DNA from: a virus
Lineage: Duplodnaviria > Caudoviricetes
Length of the DNA: 64,000 nucleotides
Reading direction: 5' to 3' (one strand)
IMG/VR virus record: IMGVR_UViG_3300029288_000056
Span: 160,001 to 224,000 of that record
Under the pieces are notes generated by a model. It was not told the DNA's origin and did no database searches. It was given only the letters and a program-made list of their open reading frames with translations. This document shows positions 41,741 to 54,710 of this stretch, one piece after another. Positions within the stretch are counted from its first letter, which is position 1; every line of letters begins with the position of its first letter. The position numbers and the translations under genes were made by a program.

Positions 41741-44700
41741 TTACGCGAGATGGACGTTGACTGCCCCAAAGGTGTCGCAAATCCTATCTATCAGATCCCA
41801 ATTAGCCTCAATGCGGTGGTTTGCGCTAGTCCTTATGAGTCTGTCCCCCATTCTCAAGTACAGGTCTAGACCTAAGGACTTTCCACTTGAACTGTTTTTC
41901 AAGAACTCCATATTGTCATCAGTCTGATTCTCATCGTTAATCTCTATGGTGATTTTTTGGAAATTGCGGCCTCTGTATTCGTTTAATTCGTATACTTGAT
42001 TGGCGATAATCTTCGGCAACTGCATACCTAGACTACTGGAACCAATCACGATAACAGGGTTATTAACCTTAAGTTTTCCAGACTGCTTCTTAAACAAGTC
42101 GGCAAAGACGATCATCTCAAACTCACCGGTCTTATCCTTGGCCTTTATGAAGGCCATTCGATTCCCCTTCTTGTCAATATGATCTCTCACGACTGTGATT
42201 ATGCCACCAACTATAACCGGCCTTTTCTCTTCGTAGGACGTCATGTCGGAAGCGAAGTCTTGAGTAAACAGGGACAGCCTCTCAATCTTTTCATTGAGCG
42301 GATTTCCACTAAGATAAAAACCTAGCGCGTCTTTCTCATGTTCTAGTTGTTCGTCGTCGCTCCACAGAGCGGGAATCGCCGAAAAGACGTCTTCAGTTTC
42401 GTCGCTCCAGAAGCCTACGGCCCCCTTCTTCTTTTCGGAATGTTTAGACTTCGAGATGCTTTCAACAATAGACATATACTCCGCACGGCTATGGCCAAAC
42501 TTATCGAAACAGCCGGCTTTTATCAAAGACTCGATTACTTTCTTATTCACCGTGTTGAGGTTTACCTTGTTACAAAAGTCGGTAAGGCTTACAAAGGCGC
42601 CCTTGGAGTCCCTAGTTTCTTCGATGTGTTTTGCGGCACCAATACCAACGTTCTTGAGCGCAGCCAAGCCGTAGAGAATAGAACCGTCTCTTATTGTAAA
42701 GTTAGCCTTACTCTCGTTGACATCGGGCAAAAGAAAGTTTATCTTATCTTTACGGCAAACCGTTATGTACTCGGAAATCTTCTCTGGATCGTTTGACTCA
42801 GAAGTTAAGCAAGAAGCCCAAAATTCTAGAGGATAGTGGTACTTCAGATAAGCCGTCTGATAAGCAAGAACCGCATAGGCCGTAGCATGAGGCTTGTTAA
42901 AACAGTAGTCAGCAAATGGAATGATGATGTTCAAAATCTGTTCTGCGACCGCCGTATCTACACCGTTAGCCTTGGCGCCTTCTAAGAAGCGCGGCTTAAT
43001 CTTGTCTAGGGCCGCGTAGTCACCTTTGGACATGATCTTTCGCAGTATATCACCCTCTGCAAGAGTGAACCCCGCAAGGGCTTGTGCCATCTGCATGATC
43101 TGTTCTTGGTAGAGGAACACGCCGTAAGTGTCTTTAAGGATGGGTTCGAGCTTCGGGTGAATATAGGTTATTTCCTTACTGTGAACCTTTGAGTTGATCC
43201 AACCATCCACCATACCACTACCTAACGGGCCGGGGCGATACAGGGCGTTGATAGCCATAAGGTCCTCTATGCAAGAGACTTTCCCTCGTTGACACAAATC
43301 CCTCATGCCGTCGGTTTCAAATTGAAAGACACCTTCACCCTTACCCGCTGCAATCATAGCAAAGACGGCTGGGTCGTCCAACTCCCTCATCCTAACCCTA
43401 GCTTCTTTGTCAACTAAGGAAAGCGTGTCTTCAATTAGGGTTAAGGTCTTTAGCCCTAGAATGTCAATCTTCAACAGGCCTACGTCGGTCACGGAATTCA
43501 TGTCGTAGCCAACCATGAGTTCATTCTTAGATCTACACATAGGAGCGTAGTCGGAAATATCACCCGGGGAGACTACCAACCCCGCTGCATGCATACCTAT
43601 ATTTCGGATCACACCCTCAAGTGGCAGACCTTTGTCTATTATATCGTGGCACTGGAAGTCTTCATCATACAGTTTACGCAGATCGGGAGAAACCCTCAAA
43701 GCCTCGTTCAAGTCTTTTGCGGTTTCTGGGATCGCTTTAGCCAGCTTGTCGGTAAGGGAGTAGTCTACACCCAACACCCGGCCTACATCTCTAACGACAC
43801 TTCTTGCACCCAGAGAGCCAAAGGTGATAATCTGGCTAACGGCGTTTTCTCCCCATCTAGTCTTAATGTAGTCTACGACTTCTCCCCTGCGAGAATCTTG
43901 GAAGTCAGTATCTATGTCGGGAGGTGAAATACGATCGGCGGTTAAGAACCGTTCAAACAGGAGGTTGAACCGCATTGGGTCTACGTTAGTGATTCCGAGA
44001 CAGTAACTAACTATAGCCCCACTAGCAGACCCTCGCCCGGGACTTACCGCTATACCTTGACTAACTGCGTATTTGATGATGTCCCACACAATCAGGAAAT
44101 AACCGGAGAAGCCGGTCTTCTCAATGACTGAGAGCTCGTATTCTATTCTCTCTCTGATCTTATCGTCGTATTCGCCATAGTTCTTTGTGGCGCCTTCTCT
44201 TACGAGTGACGCGAGGTACTCATACTCGGAACCGAACTCACTCGGAACATTGTATGAAGGGAGTCGGTTCACACCTAACTCAATATTAATGTCACATTGT
44301 TCTGCCACTTCCAGCGTATTCGTCAAGTACTCTTCGTCAAACTTTTCTCGCATCTCGTCAAAGTCTTTGAACCACATTTGATCTGAGGAAAATTTGAAGC
44401 GCTTCTCGTCGGACAGCTTAGATCCGGTTTGTATGCATAATAAGATCTCATGGGAGACAGCATCTCTGGCGTTAACATAGTGTGAGTCGTTCGTTGCCAC
44501 AACCTTAACACCCATCGTCTTGGCCAGTTCTATGAGCATTGGCATAACACGAATTTCGTCGTCAATGTTATGATCTTGAACCTCTACAAAAACCGACTCA
44601 GAGCCGTAGATTTGACGGTAGAAGTCCAACTCGGTTTTAGCTCCGTCAAGGTCCCCTCTTAATAAGAGCTGCGGAATCTTACCCTGTAGGCAGCCCGTCA

Positions 44701-45121
44701 GACAGACTAGTCCACTGTTCCACTGTTCTAATTCTGAGTGCGAGACACGGGGCTTATAGTAGAAGCCGTCCTTGTTGGCAAACGAGACTAACTTTAGGAG
44801 ATTGTGGTACCCCTCTTCGTTCTTGGCAAGAAGGATCAAGTGATTAAGCTTGTCGTCCTTATCTTTACGGCCTAAGTCGTCAGCCATGTAAAGCTCGGTA
44901 CCGATGATCGGCTTAACGCCTACATGTTGGCATGCTTTGTAAAAAGCGATCGCGCCCGAGACGTTTCCGTGATCTGTTATTGCTACAGCCGGCATTTTAA
45001 GAGAGACGATCTTATCAAAGAACAAGGTCTTCTCTTTATTATCCTTAGGCACACGACACATACCATCCAAAACGGAAAAATCCGTGTGTACATGGAGATG
45101 TACGAAATTCTTTTCTGTCAT
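41741..45121 (-). CDS. dnaE: DNA polymerase III alpha subunit
   Basis: PHP domain HLHVH/TDHG/NDSHY, GRGS, PDIDTD, KIDILGL, FNKPH, OB fold. Confidence 0.97.
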   Translation of the reverse strand: MTEKNFVHLHVHTDFSVLDGMCRVPKDNKEKTLFFDKIVSLKMPAVAITDHGNVSGAIAFYKACQHVGVKPIIGTELYMADDLGRKDKDDKLNHLILLAKNEEGYHNLLKLVSFANKDGFYYKPRVSHSELEQWNSGLVCLTGCLQGKIPQLLLRGDLDGAKTELDFYRQIYGSESVFVEVQDHNIDDEIRVMPMLIELAKTMGVKVVATNDSHYVNARDAVSHEILLCIQTGSKLSDEKRFKFSSDQMWFKDFDEMREKFDEEYLTNTLEVAEQCDINIELGVNRLPSYNVPSEFGSEYEYLASLVREGATKNYGEYDDKIRERIEYELSVIEKTGFSGYFLIVWDIIKYAVSQGIAVSPGRGSASGAIVSYCLGITNVDPMRFNLLFERFLTADRISPPDIDTDFQDSRRGEVVDYIKTRWGENAVSQIITFGSLGARSVVRDVGRVLGVDYSLTDKLAKAIPETAKDLNEALRVSPDLRKLYDEDFQCHDIIDKGLPLEGVIRNIGMHAAGLVVSPGDISDYAPMCRSKNELMVGYDMNSVTDVGLLKIDILGLKTLTLIEDTLSLVDKEARVRMRELDDPAVFAMIAAGKGEGVFQFETDGMRDLCQRGKVSCIEDLMAINALYRPGPLGSGMVDGWINSKVHSKEITYIHPKLEPILKDTYGVFLYQEQIMQMAQALAGFTLAEGDILRKIMSKGDYAALDKIKPRFLEGAKANGVDTAVAEQILNIIIPFADYCFNKPHATAYAVLAYQTAYLKYHYPLEFWASCLTSESNDPEKISEYITVCRKDKINFLLPDVNESKANFTIRDGSILYGLAALKNVGIGAAKHIEETRDSKGAFVSLTDFCNKVNLNTVNKKVIESLIKAGCFDKFGHSRAEYMSIVESISKSKHSEKKKGAVGFWSDETEDVFSAIPALWSDDEQLEHEKDALGFYLSGNPLNEKIERLSLFTQDFASDMTSYEEKRPVIVGGIITVVRDHIDKKGNRMAFIKAKDKTGEFEMIVFADLFKKQSGKLKVNNPVIVIGSSSLGMQLPKIIANQVYELNEYRGRNFQKITIEINDENQTDDNMEFLKNSSSGKSLGLDLYLRMGDRLIRTSANHRIEANWDLIDRICDTFGAVNVHLA

Positions 45122-45325
45122 TCTATCTTATAACCTAAGGTCTCTCTCAATTGCATCTCTGTTAAGATCTGGGCGTTTTGTTGGTACTCTTTAACCGCGA
45201 GGTGGTAAAAACGGCAGAACTCGATCAAGTCTTGCTCTGACTCAAATTCCCAACTAAATGATCCACTAAACTTTGCCGGTATCATAACACGATACGAGGC
45301 CCATTTGTCCCATACACTTACATTA

Positions 45326-45661
45326 GCTGTTATCTCTTGCATCAAAACTCCAGACTTGTTGTAAATCTTCCAACGTATATTCCCCTTCAACGGCTCCGTT
45401 GTCGTCAAGTCCGAAATAGGTGCCAACATTCATATAGGGGTTTTGCCCGTACCAATACTGCAGATTAAGAGCGGGAGGTGCCTTAATATCGGGATTCCAA
45501 TTATTCCAATCAATTAGCCTTGTAGTCCTGTGTATCATCGCACCTTTGGCGTGTTTAGGAACATGAGCCAAAACTGCGATTGTTTCAAGGGTTAATTCAC
45601 CGCGCACTGGGGGAGGAGGGTTAATGATGCGTGTTAAAAATTCGGCCGTTATCTCTTGCAT
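45326..45661 (-). repeat. 17-bp direct repeat (45326-45342, 45645-45661) at the starts of two adjacent genes
   Basis: ATGCAAGAGATAAC(A/G)GC, 16/17 identical, both encoding MQEITA. Confidence 0.7.
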
Positions 45662-48600
45662 TATTCTCCTTTAAAATGTCCACTGGCAACTCATACAACA
45701 ACTATGCTCAAGTTCCCTGCCACACCAAGGGCAATATTCCTTTGGTCTATGAATCCAGCACGGCGTAGAACACGGACAGTCGCCCTCTATGTCGCATTGG
45801 ATTAATTCTCCACGCCCAAGTGATTCGGCATAGGAAGTTGATGTCATTTGATAATTATATCTATAAGTAACATTTCCATTTTTATCTCTATGCCTTACAC
45901 CATTATCAGACATAGAAGGTGGGCCACAAAAACTCATTCTAATTCATCCTTATATCGTCCCGGTATGATAACACCGGAAGTTTCGCAAGTCCAACACTGC
46001 TCCTGTTTGGGTTCTCCAATCGGTTCGCTATTACAGAAATCACTTGGTTCCCCCTAGCTCCTTCTGCAGTACATCTTCTACCTTCCCATACTGTTCTACT
46101 AAACCTGTACAAACGCACTCAAGCGCAACCAAAAAACGGAGTCCGTCCGTCTGTGCTTCTGCAAGTTTATGGAATGATTCCCTTGCGTTTTCGGTCAATT
46201 CCTTACCGGCCGAATTACAGGAACGTTGAGCCGCATCAATTAATGCGCTGGCGAGACAGTCAACCAACTTGTCGCTCTCGATCCAAAGACCCTTCTTGCC
46301 GTCTTGTTCTAATTCCTTAATCATTTATTTCTCCTATCACCAATACGAGCGTCTTGACCCCGTCAACTTCGTGGACCTTAAGTCGTTTGTCAACATTATC
46401 CAACTCGTCAAAGTAAATTGTGTATTTTGTGTAAGGTTTTATCGGTGTGTTGTATACAATATCCCGATGTACGGGATGAGCATAAACACCCTCCAATTGT
46501 TCTAAATCCCGAAATTCACTCATTTTTATTCACCTTTCTCGGAAACACAACGACTTCGCCTTCTCCGCCGCAAGTCTGACATTTATTACGAGGTTTACTG
46601 TTGACCGGAAGAACGACCTTCATACTCCCGATACGTCGGATATTGGACTTCCCCTCACCCCCACAATCGGGACATTTTATGATCTTCGTTTCATCCTTAG
46701 TAACGAAGTATCCCTCAGTAGTGCTGCAGCCCCACTGTCCCATCGGCGTATTACAACAATTAGACTGTCCCGGATGGCACTTGGTGCAATGGCTTTCGCA
46801 ATCATCAAGGTTTTCAAAGTAGTCGTATTTTTTATCACTGCGCCAAAGCCCTTCAGGGTCTTCGCATCTCCATAATTCAGTGGCCATTATTTACCCCCAT
46901 TGTACTTGGTGTTTAACGATCGTGTCTCCACAAATACTCCATTAAAAAATGAGTAGGTTATGTCGATACCATCTTTGACTACTTCTGGTAAGTTCCTTAA
47001 TAATTCTTCGATAAATTTTCGAACGGTTTGTTCTGGTGTATCACCCATTATATTAAAAGCACTCCTCTCTTTCTGTTTTAACGCCATTAAGTACGTCAAT
47101 GCAGTCTTGTTCACTGTCGTACCCTTTGGTCGTAAAGCCGCAGTCGTGGCAGATCATTCCAAATGAACAACAGAAAGTCCTCATCGTCCCTCGCAATGTA
47201 CGAACTACCGTTGCAAGTGATCCGAAACCGGTCTTTAGCTTCCATTTTCTATCTCCATTCTATCAGTAATAGCCATCTGTTTTGATGTAACAGGAAGGAC
47301 AACCGTTAGAATCTCTAATGGCGCCCAACATTCAGGACAGTTTGTCATTGGGCACGGTCTCATTGGTGGGGGATAATCATAAGGAACCCCATCTTTCCAC
47401 CAGCCTACCTTAACCTTGTGTTTCTTATCCGCAGAACACACGGCCTTACCCAAGGTTATAGTTCGCTTAATTCCTATTGCTGTTATTTTCATTTACGCTC
47501 CTTAAATATCAATGTGATCGGCAACGAAGTATACTAAACACGCCACAATGACGACCCCGATAAACGTACCAATCATTTGGCAGATAATATTAATCATGGC
47601 TTTCCTTGATCTTCTTGACATACTCTAAAATTGCGTTGACTCCGTCGAGGGTCTTTCCGTCATCATCCACACTCTCAGCCACGTTTCTGTCGATATCGAT
47701 CCATGGCATAATAAACATTGCGCGCTGCCAAAGCGCCCACTTCCGGGCATCTTCTAAACACGTCTTAAGTGCATCTTGCGGTCCAATGCGCCGCTTCAAA
47801 TATTCGTCTTGTATCTCTTTTATCGTGGCCGCTTGATTTCGGCGCTCACGAATTTCTTGGCAAGTCTCACATTCTCCGTAAATCCCGATCTGATAACCGT
47901 CGTATACTTCCTTGCCGCAACTTCCACAAAGATAGACATAGCGCTTATCATCGTGAATCAGCGTGTCGACTGTTTGCTCAAGTTCCTTAATTCTCTTCGC
48001 TTTTAGCCCGAACATAATCCTCCCATAGTTTAGAAAAGTGTCCTTCCCATTTTGTTGATTCAAAGACGGGTCCTGATTTCCTATTAAAAAGATTTGGATT
48101 GGCCGCCTCAACTTCACAACGCATTAGATACTGCATGTCGTCACAAAACCTCAGTATATCGTAGTATAGTTTAGGCCATTTTATTCCCCTGATTTTATCG
48201 TTCATTCACATACCTTTGTCTTTAGCCATTGATCCTTCAATGGTCTTTTATCTGTTTCTTCTGAATCCTTATTGCACACTTTACATCTCAAGAATGAGTC
48301 GAAATGTAAATGAGCCCCATCGAGAGTACCATAATAAAAATTAGCTGGGATTATAAAAATATTTTCGCTACCGCAATTAGGGCACTCATGTCCAGACACG
48401 GGGTTACCCAGTTTTGGATCGTATAGATATGGCATTAAAATCCTTTCGTTAAACTTCTTAGAGTTTTTCCTTATCGAACTTTTCTTGTCGCTCTTTTTGG
48501 AATCTAGTAAGCCCGTCCAATAGATTCACACAAGCGCCCAGTGCGGTTGTGCCGGTACCCGGTCTCACGTCGCGAAAGTCCTGATCCTGTCTTTCTAGCT

Positions 48601-49602
48601 CAGTCTGCCACCGCTCGGCGCTCGCGCCCAATGGCGGAAAAAAGGTCAGTACGACAAACCTGTTGAGCTTTTTGGCGATATAGGCCATAGCCTCTGGTGC
48701 TGTCTCGAAATTACTCAACCTCATCACCTACTATTTTAGTCCACTCTAGTGTGTATGTATAACTAGGGCACTCTATACGATAAGGATAAGGTCCCGGTTT
48801 TGTGTTTCTGTTTATACCATAAGCGTCGGCAAGACCTTTTTGCTTTAGCAGCTTACCGGTCTCGTCCGCGGCCTCGTGAGTCTTAAATTCTTGTTCGTGT
48901 CGTTCTATTTTCATTTTATCCCTTTGTTAAGTCTAGAAGAGTCTGCGCGGATTGAGTATCGTTAGTTGAGTCCTCAATCCGGCGAATGAGTTGCTTTTTA
49001 ATCTCAGCAATAGCGGCTGGGCAAACGTCGGACAGCCTGTCTTTAGTAAGTTCAACCTCAATGCCGTTGTTTTTCACCAAACAGTAAATACCGTAGGTCA
49101 CCTTTTTTGACCTATATGATCCACTAGGGAAACGCCATAAAGAATGACGATCATGTGTTTTTGTGAACCCTTCCCCAGTCGCAATAGTGATCTGAACTAC
49201 GTCACAAATATCCTCCAACAACTCTAGTTCTTTTTCCATCGTCTCTCCTTAGTGAAAGAGTATGTACAGTATAATGATTAAAAGGATGATCTCCATTTAT
49301 TTCTCCTTTAAATTTCTTTCGTATTCTGCTACTGCTTTTTTAATGTCGTCCAAATTTGGTCTACCCTCGTCCATCTTGTCAACTATTAGTTTAACTTGAG
49401 CGTCGCTCATTCGATGAGTTCTGTAAGCCCAATAGATCTTCCCGCCGCCCTCTTTTCCGAATACGCTCCTCAAATACACTAGAGAATACTTCATCGGATC
49501 TTTGGTTTGCTTTCCCCACTCACTTAAACACCGGGACATCTCGGCCATGTCGCGCTCATACCTACGGTCAGAAGAACTATAGAGATTGAACATTATCTCC
49601 CC

Positions 49603-50025
49603 TTAAAGTGATTTTAAGAAACTAACGATTCCAACCATAGACGTACGGAACGCTTCTTCGCCACAATCCATTCCTTGAAACGTTATCTCAAATTTTTCGG
49701 TGTAGCGGCGCAACGTACAATCCCACTCATATCGCATAAAAATACGGGTTGCACTGTTTAGTATAGTCATCCTGTCCATCGTCTCATAGAATCTTTTAGA
49801 CTTCTCTTCGTTCAAGAACAACAGCAGATAACCCATCGCGCGCAAAGAACAACCGGTATCACCGTGGTGTCCCACGCAAGACATTACGGTCGCCACACCC
49901 TCAAGACCGTTTATCTCAATAAGGTACGGAACGATCTCTTTGTCTAAACGCTGCGGTTCGGATGCGAGTATTTCGTTGAACTCGTCCTTAATTTCTTTCT
50001 CGCGCTCTGGTGTTAAATACCTCAC
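49603..50025 (-). CDS. TYW3-like protein
   Basis: LDKEI..Y...IN...G..T..SC.GH pattern. Confidence 0.5.
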   Translation of the reverse strand: MRYLTPEREKEIKDEFNEILASEPQRLDKEIVPYLIEINGLEGVATVMSCVGHHGDTGCSLRAMGYLLLFLNEEKSKRFYETMDRMTILNSATRIFMRYEWDCTLRRYTEKFEITFQGMDCGEEAFRTSMVGIVSFLKSL

Positions 50026-51020
50026 TGCTCTACCTTTCTTTGCGGAATAAATATATACCACGTCAAATACGTTGGGTAACTAGTGCGGTAGTCCGGTTGC
50101 CACATTTTAATCTTGATCTCCGAACCGTCGTATTCGTAACCGTTGTGTACGCATCTTAACAGACCGAACTTTTCGTCCAAATCCCTAATGTTATCGGCTA
50201 TCCACTTAGCTATGTCTTTAAAGTCTATGTCCCAAATCTGAACCTTCTTGCGCTCCAAAAGCCTTACTTCGACAATTTGGGCAGTCAGATCAATATTTTG
50301 ATCCCGTATAACTTTGTAGTCTAACGACTCTAGATACGCAAAGATGATCTTTTCAAAGTGGTCGTAACCGACTAAGGCATAGCCGGAATAGACACTTACA
50401 TCTTCAATTATATTCATAGTTCCTCGTTTCCAATAATAATTTTTGTCCCACAAAATGGGCAAAAAGAGATCTGCTCCCGTCTTCTCGTCTCAAGGAAACT
50501 TGTAATTAAAAAAGAGTGTCTGTATTGATCCCAATGGTACTGTATTATTCCTTCTGATACAGCCATTTGTATTTTATCACAACACCATTTAATATCAGTC
50601 ATTAGTGATCCCTTCAACGGCTTTTAAAAGAATGGCTATGAAAGCAAAAGTACAAATTCCTATTGCTGCCGGAAAAACGTTGTCCCAGAACCAGCCGCTC
50701 AACTCGCTGTATAGTCCGTTAAAGGCCTTGTACGTTAGCCCCGCAATACAGCCACCACAAGTCGTCAGGAATGAGACGATGAAAATTACTACCGCTACTT
50801 CCATTACTCCCCAATGCTTCATTTACCATCCTATCTCTTTAGATATCTCAGGAGTCATACCGCCTAATTCATGAAAGCGATCTCTGAAATATACATATAA
50901 CGGTAAATCACCGTTAAAATATGGGTGTCCCGGTGGAGCAAACCGCCATAGACGCGCTAATTCAATTTGTGACATACTATCTATGACAGCCTTCTCTTGC
51001 TCAATCTCTTGATCGGTCAT

Positions 51021-51647
51021 TTAGTTCTCCTTTTCCGGATACACTTCTTCGTATCTATCTGATAATAGTTTCCCATTATACAACCAGTATGCAGTTCCTC
51101 TTACTCCCATTTTTACGTCTAAAAGCTTAGTGGATAGCGCGGAAAGAGTCGTTTCCTCGCCGTTATAACTAACCTTATTCTTATCGTTTACAACAGTAAC
51201 GGTTATGTCATTATCTTTGATGAAATTCAAAGTTGACCCAATCGGTATGCCTAACTTCTCGAAAGTCATTTGCGGACGATTCACTCTTAATTTGTTTCTT
51301 ACTTCAGTCGGCGTTAGACCTGAGTCAAGAGCTTTCTCAACTTCTGGCGTAACGTTTTCCACACTCACTAATTCTAAAACGGCAATTATCTTGTCGGGAT
51401 CTATTTTAAAAAATTCCCTCTGATGATTTACTCTAACAGATTCAAAAGCAAAATGAATGGTAGCCTCAACCCTTCTTGCGTCATTAACTCGGCAAGCATA
51501 TTCACAAGTAAACGGATAAGGAAGAGCGGATGTGTAAAGTTCCCTCATTCTCTCGTTGATGGATTTCTTTTCGGTAAACCCTATTTTGATTAATTCCGGC
51601 ATTGCGGGATTGCTCAAAATGTATACAACACCCTCTTTATCTTCCAT
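51021..51647 (-). CDS. GIY-YIG T5orf172-family nuclease
   Basis: GVVYILSNPAMPELIKIG, RM.ELY, E...H, REFF. Confidence 0.88.
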   Translation of the reverse strand: MEDKEGVVYILSNPAMPELIKIGFTEKKSINERMRELYTSALPYPFTCEYACRVNDARRVEATIHFAFESVRVNHQREFFKIDPDKIIAVLELVSVENVTPEVEKALDSGLTPTEVRNKLRVNRPQMTFEKLGIPIGSTLNFIKDNDITVTVVNDKNKVSYNGEETTLSALSTKLLDVKMGVRGTAYWLYNGKLLSDRYEEVYPEKEN

Positions 51648-52602
51648 TGTTTATCCAATCGTTTTTATATAGTGTGCGGGCTATCATTTAAATCCTCTTA
51701 TCCATGAATCTCGTCCCTAATTTCTCTGAAACTTTTATTCTTGTTGTGTGCTCCAATTCCAACTATGTTAATTATGTCATTCCTATACCTATTTAACAGA
51801 GCGTTAACTAACTTCAAATTGTGTCCATTTACATACATTGTTTCGCCTCTTATTTCAATACAATCTCCATCTTTCATTTCTGAGGGTATTTTAAGTATGT
51901 CCTCTATCATGTCTGCCAAATTAAATCCTTTGTTTCTTCTATCTTCAGATTCTTTTTCTAGACTCTTAATTCTTTCTCGGTTAGCATTCATTTCCTGATT
52001 TAATTTTTTACAACATGATATTTGATTATCCATTTTATTTATTAGTCTTTCTTCCATTCTATTTTTAAAATTTTTTATTAACTTATTTTTACATTTTACA
52101 GGAATAAACCAAATATTTTTAAACATCCTATTTAAATCATTATCCCATATTATCAATCGTTTATCCCATTGTTCATCATTAACAACATCACCCTTATTTT
52201 CTTTCGTAACCACATTGTTATATCTATTACTATTAACGGTATCCTTACACCACTTCACTACATCCATTCTAATAGTGTATATAAAAAATAAATCTCTTAA
52301 TATAACATACATTACGAATGTTGCAATTAAATAAATAACTGGAATATAAATAGGAATTAAAAGTGCTGTAGCAAAATGTAATCCTGCCCAAGAAATAGTT
52401 GTTAACGTTATACCATAGAATCCATTAAAATGAGTTAAAATATCATTTTTGGCACGCGGAAGATTACCCCAAATTCTTTCTATTGATTCACCGCAATTAC
52501 CATAATGTTTAACATGAATAGTGAGAAAGCCATAAACAGTCAATGCGCCTCCCAAAAGAGCAAATATTAACCAAGCCAAATCCAATGTAATCATTTTTCT
52601 CC

Positions 52603-54705
52603 CTAAAATAGTTCTTCCGGTTTATCTTCTATCTCAACCTTCTGCACAATTACAAAATCCCAATAGTGTATAGCGTTCAGCAACTTACTCAATTTCCCTT
52701 TTAACCAAGCCCGCAGTTCCTTATCTCTGCCCCAGTTTTTCTCATCTCTGGTTCTGATGGCTTCCTGAATTTCGCTCACTGTGCTGTCCAAGCAGGGTTC
52801 TTCTTTATATTTATTTAGAACTGCTTCAACTGCCCTTGTTTGTTCTGGGGTGCCAAAGCGAAGTCTACGGTGGATGCCTACGAATCCCACCCAATTGTTA
52901 GTATAATTATGATTGCTTTCTCCTAAAAGATTCCATAAAATCAAGTAGGTTAGAATCAATTGGCACTCTTTATTATTAAAATCTCGCGGCATATGAGTAT
53001 ATGCCTCATTAAATTGTAGAGGTGTTGCAACAGGCACAGTTAGTCTAGGATTAGCACTAATAGTTGACCAAAGTGAATAAATTAATTCTGAAGGAAATCC
53101 ATTAAAACTAATGTCCGCCTTCACATTAGCAGGAATAACTCGCGATCCTCCGCCTTTTGGTTTACAATGAAACATTGGCGGTTGCGGCACATTAAAAACC
53201 TCTTTATGTGCGACACACAACTCACCCTCAATACCATCCCGTTGATCGTATCTCCAACCGTCTTTTAAAAAGAATCCTTCTTGAAGTTCAACTGTTTTAT
53301 CATAGCAATCAAACTTGAGGTCTAAATGATTAGTTGAACCGCCAAATTTCCACAAAGTGAGAGCAATAGGTTTGTCCCCAGAAACTTCGTTAAAGTCATC
53401 GCCTGAAAGAATCAGACCTTCAAGAAAAGTAAAGTTAGAGAGCAACTCTTTTAAAAGTTTATTGTATCTACGCCGCCCCAAAAAAATTCCCGCAGGGCAA
53501 TAAAAAGCAAGATAACCACTACCCAAAATTTTCATCATCTCAACGGTTTGTCCAATAGTAGGTAGTATAAGGTCGCCTCGCCCATATTGCAAAAGTTCAT
53601 CTCTGTAATTTATTGCGATTTTGCGACTAACATCCACACCATCATCAACTAATGTATTGGTCGCCACAGTTCCAAACGGCGGATTAAAATAAAACAGATT
53701 CTCCCCAGATAATCCCCACTTTCTAATCAGTTCTGCCGCCGTTACACTTATACAGTCTATGTTGTCAAAGACCGCATCATAACCTTCAAATTGTAACTTT
53801 GCAATCGCAATCGCATTAGGGTCAATATCGTTGCCTATTATCTTTACACCTTCTGCGGCAAACGGCACTAATAAAGAACCTGTCCCGGAATAAGGATCCA
53901 CAATAACGGAAGGGTTAATGTGTTTGAGGATAAGGTCGTGAACCTTTGCTGTCGTGTGAGGCTTGGTATAAAACTGACCCAGACTTCTCCTCTTGCTTAT
54001 TTCCTCGTATTCGTCCAAGTGGTCAGACAGTTCAGTTATATCGTGAGGTGTGATTCGTAACGACTTGACAAAATGCTCGTCTTCCGGCTTGATTCTTTTA
54101 CTCGCCACAACAGAACCGTCCACCGTATCAACAATCCCGCCTGATTTGATTAAAGCGATTTCGCCCTTATTGATATAGACATCGGCAATCTTACTTATCA
54201 GTTCCTTGATGTTAATATCGTATCGTTCCAGCCGGGTTATCACATAAAAAATATTTTTCGGCGAAATAAAGATGTAGGGAACAGTAAAGTCCAGAGGCGA
54301 GTCGTAATTATTAGTGCAAAATGGCGCACCTAAAATTTCACGTGCTTTTCTATTTAATTCAGCATTTCCAACTAATGAAGGTGAAACCGTAGAATCAATA
54401 CTGTTATAAAAGTCTTTAAGCACAGAGTAAGGCGGAACTTTATAGAACTGAATTTCTGAAGCCGTTGCCAATCCAAAGACCTGAGGTATAAAGTCATATT
54501 CATTTCCACCAAAGGTTCTAAATGCTCCATACAATAATTGACATGCCGCAAAATGAGAAGGCTTCACTTCTATGTAAATGTTGTTGAACGCGTCAATCAC
54601 GTCGCAAAAGTAGTTAGCCGGCGCAACTTGGAAATTAAAATCTCCAGTTGAAAGTTTGCGCGCTATCTTACGTTGCAAGTCTCTCTCGTCAGCAAAATTA
54701 ATCAT
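52603..54705 (-). CDS. type IIG-like restriction-modification fusion (PD-(D/E)xK nuclease plus amino-methyltransferase)
   Basis: D...YIEVK near the N-terminus; GQFYT, DPYSGTGSL, NDID, NPPF. Confidence 0.75.
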   Translation of the reverse strand: MINFADERDLQRKIARKLSTGDFNFQVAPANYFCDVIDAFNNIYIEVKPSHFAACQLLYGAFRTFGGNEYDFIPQVFGLATASEIQFYKVPPYSVLKDFYNSIDSTVSPSLVGNAELNRKAREILGAPFCTNNYDSPLDFTVPYIFISPKNIFYVITRLERYDINIKELISKIADVYINKGEIALIKSGGIVDTVDGSVVASKRIKPEDEHFVKSLRITPHDITELSDHLDEYEEISKRRSLGQFYTKPHTTAKVHDLILKHINPSVIVDPYSGTGSLLVPFAAEGVKIIGNDIDPNAIAIAKLQFEGYDAVFDNIDCISVTAAELIRKWGLSGENLFYFNPPFGTVATNTLVDDGVDVSRKIAINYRDELLQYGRGDLILPTIGQTVEMMKILGSGYLAFYCPAGIFLGRRRYNKLLKELLSNFTFLEGLILSGDDFNEVSGDKPIALTLWKFGGSTNHLDLKFDCYDKTVELQEGFFLKDGWRYDQRDGIEGELCVAHKEVFNVPQPPMFHCKPKGGGSRVIPANVKADISFNGFPSELIYSLWSTISANPRLTVPVATPLQFNEAYTHMPRDFNNKECQLILTYLILWNLLGESNHNYTNNWVGFVGIHRRLRFGTPEQTRAVEAVLNKYKEEPCLDSTVSEIQEAIRTRDEKNWGRDKELRAWLKGKLSKLLNAIHYWDFVIVQKVEIEDKPEELF

Positions 54706-54710
54706 TCGTT

